Assembly: GCA_964565725.1 (NCBI GenBank)
Contig: CAZMGA010000010.1
Coordinates: 1,733 to 22,524, forward strand
DNA length: 20,792 nt
Direction: 5' to 3'
Origin: an uncultured archaeon
GTDB lineage: Archaea; Iainarchaeota; Iainarchaeia; Iainarchaeales; 0-14-0-20-30-16
A program made the position numbers and the translations under genes. Position 1 is the stretch's first letter, and each line of letters opens with the position of its first letter. The notes beneath the pieces were generated by a model. That model saw nothing but the letters and a program-made list of their open reading frames with translations, was not told the origin of the DNA and ran no database searches. Positions 8,499-15,491 of the stretch are shown here, piece after piece.

Positions 8499-9778
8499 AA
8501 TTTATTAATAAAAATATACTATTAGGATTATTTGTAATATTGTGTTTAACATTTTCTTTTTGCACAACAACAGATCCAGCACATTTAATAAATATTAATA
8601 GTGTAAATTATTTACCTAACACTATTTATCCTGGGGATGTTGTGAGTTTAGCAATAAATATAGAAGATATTGGTACAATAAATTACATTAAAGATTTAAC
8701 TGTGAGTTATGAATTAGATGATGCTTTTACAAATGTAGAAAATTCATATTTTATAGATGAAATAAAACCAAAAATGCAAAAAACAGCAATATTAAAATTT
8801 AAAGTAAATGAAAATACTATTGCAGGATATTATCCCATATTATTAAATTTTGATTATTATAGAAATGGAAATAAAATAAATGAAACACAAGAATTAACAA
8901 TTCCAATAACAAAAACATCTAAAAATATATTATTAACAGTAAGCCCTAAAAAAATAAATCCAGGAAAAGAATCAGAATTACAATTAACTTTAACTAATTC
9001 AAATAATTCAACAATCTCAAATATTGAAGTTTCATGGTATGAAGAAAATAATTTGATTTTACCTTTAGGTTCTGATAATATAAAATCTATTAAAAGTATA
9101 GAAGGAAATACTTTTGAAACTGTTTATTATAATGTAGCTACAGACCCGAATTTAAGTCCAGGAATATACACCTTAAAAACAACAATTAAATTTAATGATT
9201 CTAATGGTATAAAAACACAAACATCTAATATAGGAATAATAATTGGTGGAGAAACTGATTTTGATGTTAGTGTGGAATATGAAGGCAACAACGAATATTC
9301 CTTTAGTATTGCAAATATAGGAACAAACGATGCAGAATCTACTTTAATAGAAATTCCTGAACAAACTGGAATAAAAACTATAGGTACAAATCAAGCAATA
9401 TTGGGAGGCATAGATAGAGGAGATTACACTATGGCTACTTTTACCATAATAAACTCTAATATGACTATGCAAAAAATAGATCCTAACAATATATCAAAAG
9501 ACGAAAATTTTAGAAAACTTGAAAATAAAAATAACGATTTAAATATAATTTTATATTATACAGATACAACAGGAAAAAGACAAACAATAACTAAAACTGT
9601 AAATTTAAATAACAATACATTAACATCTAATACAAACTTAAAACCTCAAAAAAATAATAATAATTGGTTATTTGTGATTATAGGCATAATAATAATTATT
9701 TTTACAAGTGTAATTTTTACAAAAAGAGAATATATTAAAACATTAATAATTAAATTTAAAAAAAGAGGATTTAAATGA
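8495..9778 (+). CDS. Secreted, C-terminally membrane-tethered CARDB/COG1361-like beta-sandwich protein (S-layer-domain-like)
   Basis: N-terminal signal-like segment MKFINKNILLGLFVILCLTFSFC. Repeated NxG(D)..S/I NIED/F..NIG.N.A patterns (YPGDVVSLAINIEDIGTI, NPGKESELQLTLTNSNNSTISNIEVSW, YSFSIANIGTNDAESTLIEIPEQ). C-terminal TM NNWLFVIIGIIIIIFTSVIF plus basic tail. ATGA overlap with the ATPase stop. Confidence 0.7.
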   Translation: MKFINKNILLGLFVILCLTFSFCTTTDPAHLININSVNYLPNTIYPGDVVSLAINIEDIGTINYIKDLTVSYELDDAFTNVENSYFIDEIKPKMQKTAILKFKVNENTIAGYYPILLNFDYYRNGNKINETQELTIPITKTSKNILLTVSPKKINPGKESELQLTLTNSNNSTISNIEVSWYEENNLILPLGSDNIKSIKSIEGNTFETVYYNVATDPNLSPGIYTLKTTIKFNDSNGIKTQTSNIGIIIGGETDFDVSVEYEGNNEYSFSIANIGTNDAESTLIEIPEQTGIKTIGTNQAILGGIDRGDYTMATFTIINSNMTMQKIDPNNISKDENFRKLENKNNDLNIILYYTDTTGKRQTITKTVNLNNNTLTSNTNLKPQKNNNNWLFVIIGIIIIIFTSVIFTKREYIKTLIIKFKKRGFK

Positions 9779-11019
9779 AACTTTTAGATACTTTCAAATT
9801 ATCAATTAATAGTATTTTAAATAGAAAATTAAGATCTTGGTTAACTCTATTAGGAATAATAATTGGTGTTGCGGCAGTAGTATCTATAGTTTCAATAAGT
9901 CAAGGTGCACAAGAAAGCATTGAAGATCAAATGAATAGTTTTGGTGCAGATTTAATAACAATTAATCCTGGTTATTCTAGAAGTATGAATTTTAGCATGG
10001 GCCCACCAGGAATGAATAATACAAATAACAAAACTACCAATAATGAAGATCCTGTTTTAACAAAAAAAGATTTAACAAAAATAATTGGAAATTCAAATAT
10101 TATTATTGCAAGTCCAATAGTATCTGAAAGATTAGAGTTATATTATGGGTCTGAAAAAATAAATATTAATTTAACAGGTATTGATCCATTAGCATCTAAA
10201 GATATATTTGATATTATTTTAAGTTCTGGAAGACTACTAACAACAAGTGATACTTCGGCAATAATAATTTCTTATGATTTAGCAAATTCAACCTTTGATA
10301 GACTAATTACAATAGGCAAAAAATTAACAATTGGTTCTGAAAATTTTATAGTTGTAGGAATATTAGAAAATAATGAAACAAGAAATACTGTTTATATGAA
10401 TTACAAAACAGCTTGGTCTATAACAGAAGATACAGAAAAAGGAAATTTTACTTCAATTAAAGCAAAAGTTGATGACTTAAATAATATTGAAAATACTATA
10501 GAAAATATTACAAAAACATTAGCAATATCTCGAAGAGTTTATGGAAAAGATTATGACTTTTCAATTAGTTCTCCATCAAGTATGAAAGAAAGATTAGAAG
10601 AAATGACAAATACTATGACTTTATTTTTAGGGGGTATAGCAATTATATCTTTATTGGTAGGCGCAATAGGCGTTGCTAATTCCATGTTCACATCCGTATT
10701 AGAAAAAACAAAAGAAATAGGAATTTTAAAATCTTTAGGAGCTACAAATAAAGAAGTATTAATTTTATTTTTAATAGAATCCGGATTATTTGGGTTAATT
10801 GGAGGAATATTAGGCGTATTATTAGGAGCATTAGTTTCTTTAGGATTTTCAGGAATTGGAATTAGAATGATTATGAATGGAAACACTTCTGCACAAATAT
10901 CTCCAGAAATAGTAATTATAGCTATATTAATTTCGACAATAATAGGAATAATTTCGGGTTTAATACCAGCAATTAAAGCCTCAAAATTACGACCTATAGA
11001 AGCATTAAGATATGAGTAA
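9775..11019 (+). CDS. MacB/FtsX-type ABC transporter permease
   Basis: MKLLDTFKLSINSILNRKLRSWLTLLGIIIGVAAVVSIVSISQGAQESIEDQMNSFGADLITI is the hallmark MacB N-terminus. C-terminal FtsX region: IAIISLLVGAIGVANSMFTSVLEKTKEIGILKSLGATNKEVLILFLIESGLFGLIGGILGVLLG and ...GLIPAIKASKLRPIEALRYE. ATGA overlap with the upstream gene. Confidence 0.95.
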   Translation: MKLLDTFKLSINSILNRKLRSWLTLLGIIIGVAAVVSIVSISQGAQESIEDQMNSFGADLITINPGYSRSMNFSMGPPGMNNTNNKTTNNEDPVLTKKDLTKIIGNSNIIIASPIVSERLELYYGSEKININLTGIDPLASKDIFDIILSSGRLLTTSDTSAIIISYDLANSTFDRLITIGKKLTIGSENFIVVGILENNETRNTVYMNYKTAWSITEDTEKGNFTSIKAKVDDLNNIENTIENITKTLAISRRVYGKDYDFSISSPSSMKERLEEMTNTMTLFLGGIAIISLLVGAIGVANSMFTSVLEKTKEIGILKSLGATNKEVLILFLIESGLFGLIGGILGVLLGALVSLGFSGIGIRMIMNGNTSAQISPEIVIIAILISTIIGIISGLIPAIKASKLRPIEALRYE

Positions 11020-12198
11020 TTAAATTATATCTTTTATTTCTTTTACTATTTGTAATTCTTCATTTGTAGGAATTACTAATCCTATAATTTTAGAATTTTC
11101 ATTTGTTAAAAATGTTTTATTTGCTTCATTATTTTCATCATTCAAATCTAATCCTAAATATCTAAAATGTTCTAAAACTAATTTTCTTAAATAAGGTGAA
11201 TTTTCTCCTATCCCACCAGTAAAAACTATAGCATCAACACCTTGCATTTCTGCGATGTATGAACCTATAATTTTAACAATTCTATTTACTAAAATATTAT
11301 TTGCTAATAATGCTATTTCATCTCCTTCTTTAGATTTAGTTTCAATAACATAATGATTAGAGCTTATATTACTTATACCCAATAATCCTGATTTTTTATT
11401 TAATGCATTTTTAATATCTTCTTTTGTTAATCCTTGTTCCAATAAAAATAATATTATTTCAGGATCAAAACTTCCGGATCTTGTCCCCATAGGCAAACCT
11501 TCTAAAGGAGTAAAACCCATTGAAGTATCATAACTTTTTGCATCCTTTATTGCAGTAATACTTTGACCATTACCTAAATGGCAAGTAATTATTTTTAAAT
11601 CTCTTAAATTTTTATTTAAAATATTTGCACATTGATTTGCAACATATTTATGACTTATTCCGTGAAACCCATATTTTCTAATTTTATATTTTTCATAAAA
11701 TTCATAAGGTAAACCATAAAGATAAATTTCTTTTGGCATAGTACTATGAAAAGCAGTATCAAATACAGAAAATTCTTTAACATTAGGTAATTTTTCTAAA
11801 AATATATTTATACATTGTAAATTTATTGGATTATGTAATGGAGCTAAGAAACTCATTTGTTCTAAAGTTTCTAAAACATCATTATTTATTTCAATAGTTT
11901 TATTATATTTTTCTCCACCATGTACAACTCTATGACCTATATATTTTATATCATCTAAAGAATTTAATAAATTTTTTTTTATTATTAAATTTAAAAAGTC
12001 ATCTATTGCTTCTTTATGCGTATTAAAATTTAAAATTACTTTTTCTTTAACATCATTAATTATTATTGCTCGATTAGCATTAGGTGCATTTAATAAACAA
12101 CTATAATTTGCACTTACAATACATTTTTCACTTTCAAATTCAAAAACTTGTGCCTTTAAGGAACTACTACCGGCATTAATTACTAATATATAATTCAT
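11020..12198 (-). CDS. ackA: Acetate kinase
   Basis: NAGSSSLK, GHRVVHGG, PLHNPINL, VFDTAFHSTMP, YGFHGISHKYV, HLGNGQSI, DTSMGFTPLEGLPMGTRSG, SGLLGIS, FTGGIGENSP, TNEEL. ATG 12198 with upstream GGTGAATAAC is the probable start; the track start 12207 is the GTG inside that Shine-Dalgarno. Confidence 0.95.
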   Translation of the reverse strand: MNYILVINAGSSSLKAQVFEFESEKCIVSANYSCLLNAPNANRAIIINDVKEKVILNFNTHKEAIDDFLNLIIKKNLLNSLDDIKYIGHRVVHGGEKYNKTIEINNDVLETLEQMSFLAPLHNPINLQCINIFLEKLPNVKEFSVFDTAFHSTMPKEIYLYGLPYEFYEKYKIRKYGFHGISHKYVANQCANILNKNLRDLKIITCHLGNGQSITAIKDAKSYDTSMGFTPLEGLPMGTRSGSFDPEIILFLLEQGLTKEDIKNALNKKSGLLGISNISSNHYVIETKSKEGDEIALLANNILVNRIVKIIGSYIAEMQGVDAIVFTGGIGENSPYLRKLVLEHFRYLGLDLNDENNEANKTFLTNENSKIIGLVIPTNEELQIVKEIKDII

Positions 12199-12244
12199 GT
12201 TATTCACCTTTAAAAAATAGATAACTAATTTATAGTCAATATAT

Positions 12245-12865
12245 TTAAATATCCTTTTTAATATTGTTTAAATCTTTATTTTTGCCAATTAAATACAAAT
12301 TTCTCAAAAAGTCAAAACATCTTAATATTAATTCAAAAAATATAATAAATAAAAAGTAATAAAATATTAAATTCCAATATGATAATAATTTATAAAATAT
12401 ATCTAAAGAATAACTTAATGGATTAAAATTCATACTTATTAAAAAAATAGCTAATAAAGAAAACGGCAATAGTTTAGCAATTTCTTTAGATAAATCTTCA
12501 GAAAAATAAGATATGATTCTAATTGTTGCAATTAAAGACATTGAAATTAATAAAATATATTCTATGTTTAATTCTGAAAAGAATACTAAAAAAGAACCAA
12601 AAACAAGGAACCACAAAAAAACAAATAATGGAAATAAAATTAAATATTTTAAAATGTAAATTAAGATTGCAAAAAACAATTTTAATAACTTATGTTCAGA
12701 TAAATTATATTTATCTAAATCAAAATTAAAAATATCTTTCCTACCAATAAATTTATAGAATTTAAATATAAAAACAGAATATAAAATTAATCCTAAAACA
12801 AAAAAAACCATTGGTTTTAAAGTATAAATAAAATCATTAAAAATTAAAGTATTTAAATTAAGCAT
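12245..12865 (-). CDS. Hypothetical integral membrane protein (about five TM segments)
   Basis: 206-aa ORF with repeated hydrophobic stretches (VFFVLGLILYSVFIF, LFFAILIYILKYLILFPLFVFLWFLVFGSFLVFF, YILLISMSLIATIRII, LLPFSLLAIFLIS, LIFYYFLFIIFFELILRCF). Confidence 0.6.
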   Translation of the reverse strand: MLNLNTLIFNDFIYTLKPMVFFVLGLILYSVFIFKFYKFIGRKDIFNFDLDKYNLSEHKLLKLFFAILIYILKYLILFPLFVFLWFLVFGSFLVFFSELNIEYILLISMSLIATIRIISYFSEDLSKEIAKLLPFSLLAIFLISMNFNPLSYSLDIFYKLLSYWNLIFYYFLFIIFFELILRCFDFLRNLYLIGKNKDLNNIKKDI

Positions 12866-12909
12866 ATAAATACAAAATACACAAAATATATAAAATAATA
12901 ACTAAAATA

Positions 12910-12981
12910 TGCCCCTGCCGGGAATTGAACCCAGGTCATTAGAGTGAGAGTCTAATATGATAACCACTACACTACAGGGAC
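12910..12981 (-). tRNA. tRNA-Glu (anticodon CTC)
   Basis: Reverse complement gtccctgtagtgtagtggttatcatattagactctcactctaatgacctgggttcaattcccggcaggggca folds as a cloverleaf. Acceptor GTCCCTG/CAGGGGC, anticodon stem TTAGA/TCTAA with loop CTCTCAC, T-arm CTGGG-TTCAATT-CCCGG, discriminator A, no encoded CCA, no intron. Confidence 0.95.
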
Positions 12982-13007
12982 TAAATATATAATTATGAAT
13001 AATTAGA

Positions 13008-13015
13008 TTTATAAA
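13008..13015 (-). promoter_or_regulatory. TATA-box-like element (TTTATAAA) for tRNA-Glu
   Basis: Centre lies about 30 nt upstream of the tRNA 5' end (12981), the standard archaeal box A spacing. Confidence 0.45.
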
Positions 13016-13024
13016 AAGATTATT

Positions 13025-13620
13025 TTAAACTAATTGTTTTTGACAATTTACTAATAAGAATTTTTGCTTATTATGATCTAAATTTATGATTATATCTAAT
13101 ATTTTAAATCTTTTAAAAAAATACTTTGTAAAATAATCTTTTTCAACTGAATTTGGTTCAAATAAAAATATATTTTCTTTCAACCTAAATTTATGGTATT
13201 TGGAATTAATTCTTGTAACTAAAGGCACTAAAAAAACAAATTGTCCATTGTTTTTTAATAATCTAAAAACCTCTTTAAATATTTTATTTTTGTTAGGAAT
13301 ATATTGAATAGCATATCTTGAATAAATAATATCAAAAAAATTATCTTTAAAATGAGTATTAATTATATTTTTCACAAAATATCTTATCTTAGAATTATTA
13401 CATTTTGCAATATTAATTAAATTTTTAGAAATATCTACACCATATACTTTTAATCCTTTATTAAAAAAGAATTCACAATCCAAACCAAATCCAATATTTT
13501 TATATTTGACAAAAAATTAATTTTTGAATATAATAATGAACGAGTAACACTTTTAGAGGAATTTTTATTTGAGTAATAAAAATTAGCTATTGTATCATAT
13601 TGTTTAAAATCTAATTGCAT
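13025..13620 (-). pseudogene. Class I SAM-dependent methyltransferase (Methyltransf_11-like) with frameshift/deletion in motif I
   Basis: Frame 1 from ATG 13620: MQLDFKQYDTIANFYYSNKNSSKSVTRSLLYSKINFLSNIKILDL (a typical pre-motif I region). Frame 2 from about 13483: LDCEFFFNKGLKVYGVDISKNLINIAKCNNSKIRYFVKNIINTHFKDNFFDIIYSRYAIQYIPNKNKIFKEVFRLLKNNGQFVF (post-motif I to motif IV and beyond). The expected LDLGCGxG is missing at the junction. The ORF track reports only the TTG-started 3' part. Confidence 0.7.
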
Positions 13621-13640
13621 AAAGAAATACGATAATTAAA

Positions 13641-13648
13641 TTTATAAA
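13641..13648 (-). promoter_or_regulatory. TATA-box-like element (TTTATAAA) upstream of the methyltransferase ATG at 13620
   Basis: Centre about 24-25 nt upstream of ATG 13620, compatible with near-leaderless transcription. Confidence 0.35.
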
Positions 13649-13774
13649 ATAATCACTAATAAAAGTAAAAATACAAAAAAAGAAGAAGATTAAAATTTTA
13701 CTTCAATTATAAAATATACTTAGCCTCAAAATAGCACATGAATATGAGACTTTTGAGATTATTGGTTTTTGTTG

Positions 13775-13794
13775 TTGAACTTATTTAAGTTCAA
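13775..13794 (-). terminator. Hairpin spanning the uS10 stop codon (9-bp stem, 2-nt loop)
   Basis: Plus strand TTGAACTTA-TT-TAAGTTCAA; stop codon complement at 13781-13783. Confidence 0.35.
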
Positions 13795-14089
13795 TCTCAA
13801 CATAAACTTTGTCAGGCATTTCTAATTGCATTATTTTTTTTAGAATTAATTCATTAGCATGTATATCTAACATTCTTTTATGCACTCTCATTTGCCATCT
13901 TTCATAAGTTTCAGTTCCACCACCATTAGGTGCTTTTCTTGTAGGAACTATCATTTTTTTAGTAGGCAAATAAATTATACCAGTATGTTTTATACCAGCT
14001 GTTTCAGCAATTTTTAGAACATTAGTACTTATTTTTTCTAATAAATTAATATCAGGACTACTTAATTTAATTCTAGCATAGGAAGTCAT
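13781..14089 (-). CDS. rps10: 30S ribosomal protein uS10 (S10)
   Basis: MTSYARIKLSSPDINLLEKISTNVLKIAETAGIKHTGIIYLPTKKMIVPTRKAPNGGGTETYERWQMRVHKRMLDIHANELILKKIMQLEMPDKVYVEIELK. Start refined to ATG 14089, with GGTGATTCTG just upstream, instead of the track start 14119. Confidence 0.96.
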   Translation of the reverse strand: MTSYARIKLSSPDINLLEKISTNVLKIAETAGIKHTGIIYLPTKKMIVPTRKAPNGGGTETYERWQMRVHKRMLDIHANELILKKIMQLEMPDKVYVEIELK

Positions 14090-14115
14090 CAGAATCACCA
14101 AAAAAATAAAAATTA

Positions 14116-14135
14116 ACAAGGTATTTATACCTTGT
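14116..14135 (-). terminator. Hairpin spanning the EF-1A stop codon followed on the minus strand by a T-rich tract
   Basis: ACAAGGTAT-TT-ATACCTTGT (9-bp perfect stem). Minus strand continues TAATTTTTATTTTTTTGG. EF-1A stop complement is 14125-14127. Confidence 0.5.
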
Positions 14136-15393
14136 CAGTTATTTGTATAATTACTCCTGCAGCAACTGTTTTACCCATATCTCTAATAGCAAATCTACCT
14201 AAAGGAGGGTATTCTTTATAACTTTCAACACACATTGGTTTTAATGGTTTTATTTTAACTATTGCAGCATCTCCAGCTTTTAAGAATTTAGGATTTTCTT
14301 CTAAAACACCACCAGTTCTAGGATCCAATTTTTTAACTAATTCTATAATTGTACAAGATTGTTGCAAAGTATGTATGTGGAATACAGGTGTATAACCAGC
14401 AGCAATTGCTGTTGGGTGTTGTAATACAACAATTTGAGCTAAAAATTCTTTAGCAACTGTTGGAGGATTACTTGCTAAACCAACAACATCACCTTTAGTT
14501 AAATCATCTTTAGTCCAACCTCTTACACTAAAACCAACATTATCTCCAGGTAATGCTTGAGGTAATTGAGTGTGATGAGATTCAACACTTTTTACTTCAC
14601 CAGTTTTTCCTGAAGGCATTACAATTACTTTATCATTTGGTTTCATAATTCCTGCTTCAACTCTTCCAACAGGTACTAATCCAATACCTTTTATGTTATA
14701 AACATCTTCAACAGGTAATCTTAATGGTTTATCTGTAGGTAATTTAGGTGGATCTATATCATCTAAAATTTCTAATAATGTTTTTCCTTTATACCAAGGT
14801 AATTTATCAGATTTTTTTGCAATATTATCTCCCATCCATGCTGAGAAAGGCATAGGGATTAATTGTTCTTCTTTAAATCCTGAACCAGTTAATAATTTTT
14901 TAGCAGCTAAAACAATTTCATTATATTTTGCTTCATCATAATTTACTGCATCCATTTTATTTACACCAATAATTAATTTTTTTATACCCATTACTTGTGC
15001 AATAAATGCGTGTTCTTTTGTTTGTGGCATTATACCATCAGTAGCAGCAATTACTAATACAGCAGCATCAGCTTGTGCTGTTCCTTTTATCATGTTTTTA
15101 ATAAAATCACTGTGGCCAGGAGCATCAATAACAGTTATACTTTTGTGAGCAGTTTCTAATTTTTTATAATTAATATCTATAGTTACTCCTCTTTCTCTTT
15201 CTTCTTTTAAGTTATCCATCATGTAAGCAAATGCAAATGAACCTTTACCTCTTGCTTCTGCTTCTTCTTTTAATTTTCTATATTCAGTTTCAGGTAATGC
15301 ACCAGAATCGTACATTAATCTTCCAACAGTAGTTGATTTTCCATTATCTACATGTCCTATGAATACTATATTATAGTGACCTTTTTCAGCCAT
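14125..15393 (-). CDS. tuf: Translation elongation factor EF-1A (archaeal EF-Tu)
   Basis: [14 protein letters not shown] (G1), [32 protein letters not shown] (G3), GVNKMDA (G4), C-terminal [17 protein letters not shown]. Strong SD GGAGGGATATAATG. Confidence 0.98.
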   Translation of the reverse strand: MAEKGHYNIVFIGHVDNGKSTTVGRLMYDSGALPETEYRKLKEEAEARGKGSFAFAYMMDNLKEERERGVTIDINYKKLETAHKSITVIDAPGHSDFIKNMIKGTAQADAAVLVIAATDGIMPQTKEHAFIAQVMGIKKLIIGVNKMDAVNYDEAKYNEIVLAAKKLLTGSGFKEEQLIPMPFSAWMGDNIAKKSDKLPWYKGKTLLEILDDIDPPKLPTDKPLRLPVEDVYNIKGIGLVPVGRVEAGIMKPNDKVIVMPSGKTGEVKSVESHHTQLPQALPGDNVGFSVRGWTKDDLTKGDVVGLASNPPTVAKEFLAQIVVLQHPTAIAAGYTPVFHIHTLQQSCTIIELVKKLDPRTGGVLEENPKFLKAGDAAIVKIKPLKPMCVESYKEYPPLGRFAIRDMGKTVAAGVIIQITDKV

Positions 15394-15491
15394 TTATATC
15401 CCTCCAAATAAAAAAATTGAATATTTTAAAAAAAATTCTTATATATTATTATATGATAAGCTTTTTAAAAGCCTATGCATATAATTTAAAT

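Noticed and set aside
8495-8575. Possible lipobox (LTFSFC) at the N-terminus of the CARDB-like protein
   Set aside because: The sequence before Cys (SFC) does not match a standard [L/V/I][A/S/T/G][G/A]C lipobox, and there is a convincing C-terminal TM anchor. Not supported as a lipoprotein.
10551-10886. Minus-strand 111-aa ORF rich in Pro/Asn/Ile
   Set aside because: Antisense to the FtsX core of the permease, which has clear family motifs.
12523-12729. Plus-strand 68-aa ORF
   Set aside because: Antisense to the 12245..12865 membrane protein. Lys-rich sequence is an expected mirror of an A+T-rich TM gene.
13032-13048. Inverted repeat AATTGT-TTTTG-ACAATT
   Set aside because: Lies inside the 3' coding part of the methyltransferase remnant and is A+T-rich with a 6-bp stem. 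Could easily be chance.
13025-13483. 152-aa methyltransferase as an intact gene starting at TTG 13483
   Set aside because: It lacks motif I, and the missing N-terminal region is present upstream in a different frame, so it is better treated as a fragment of a disrupted gene.
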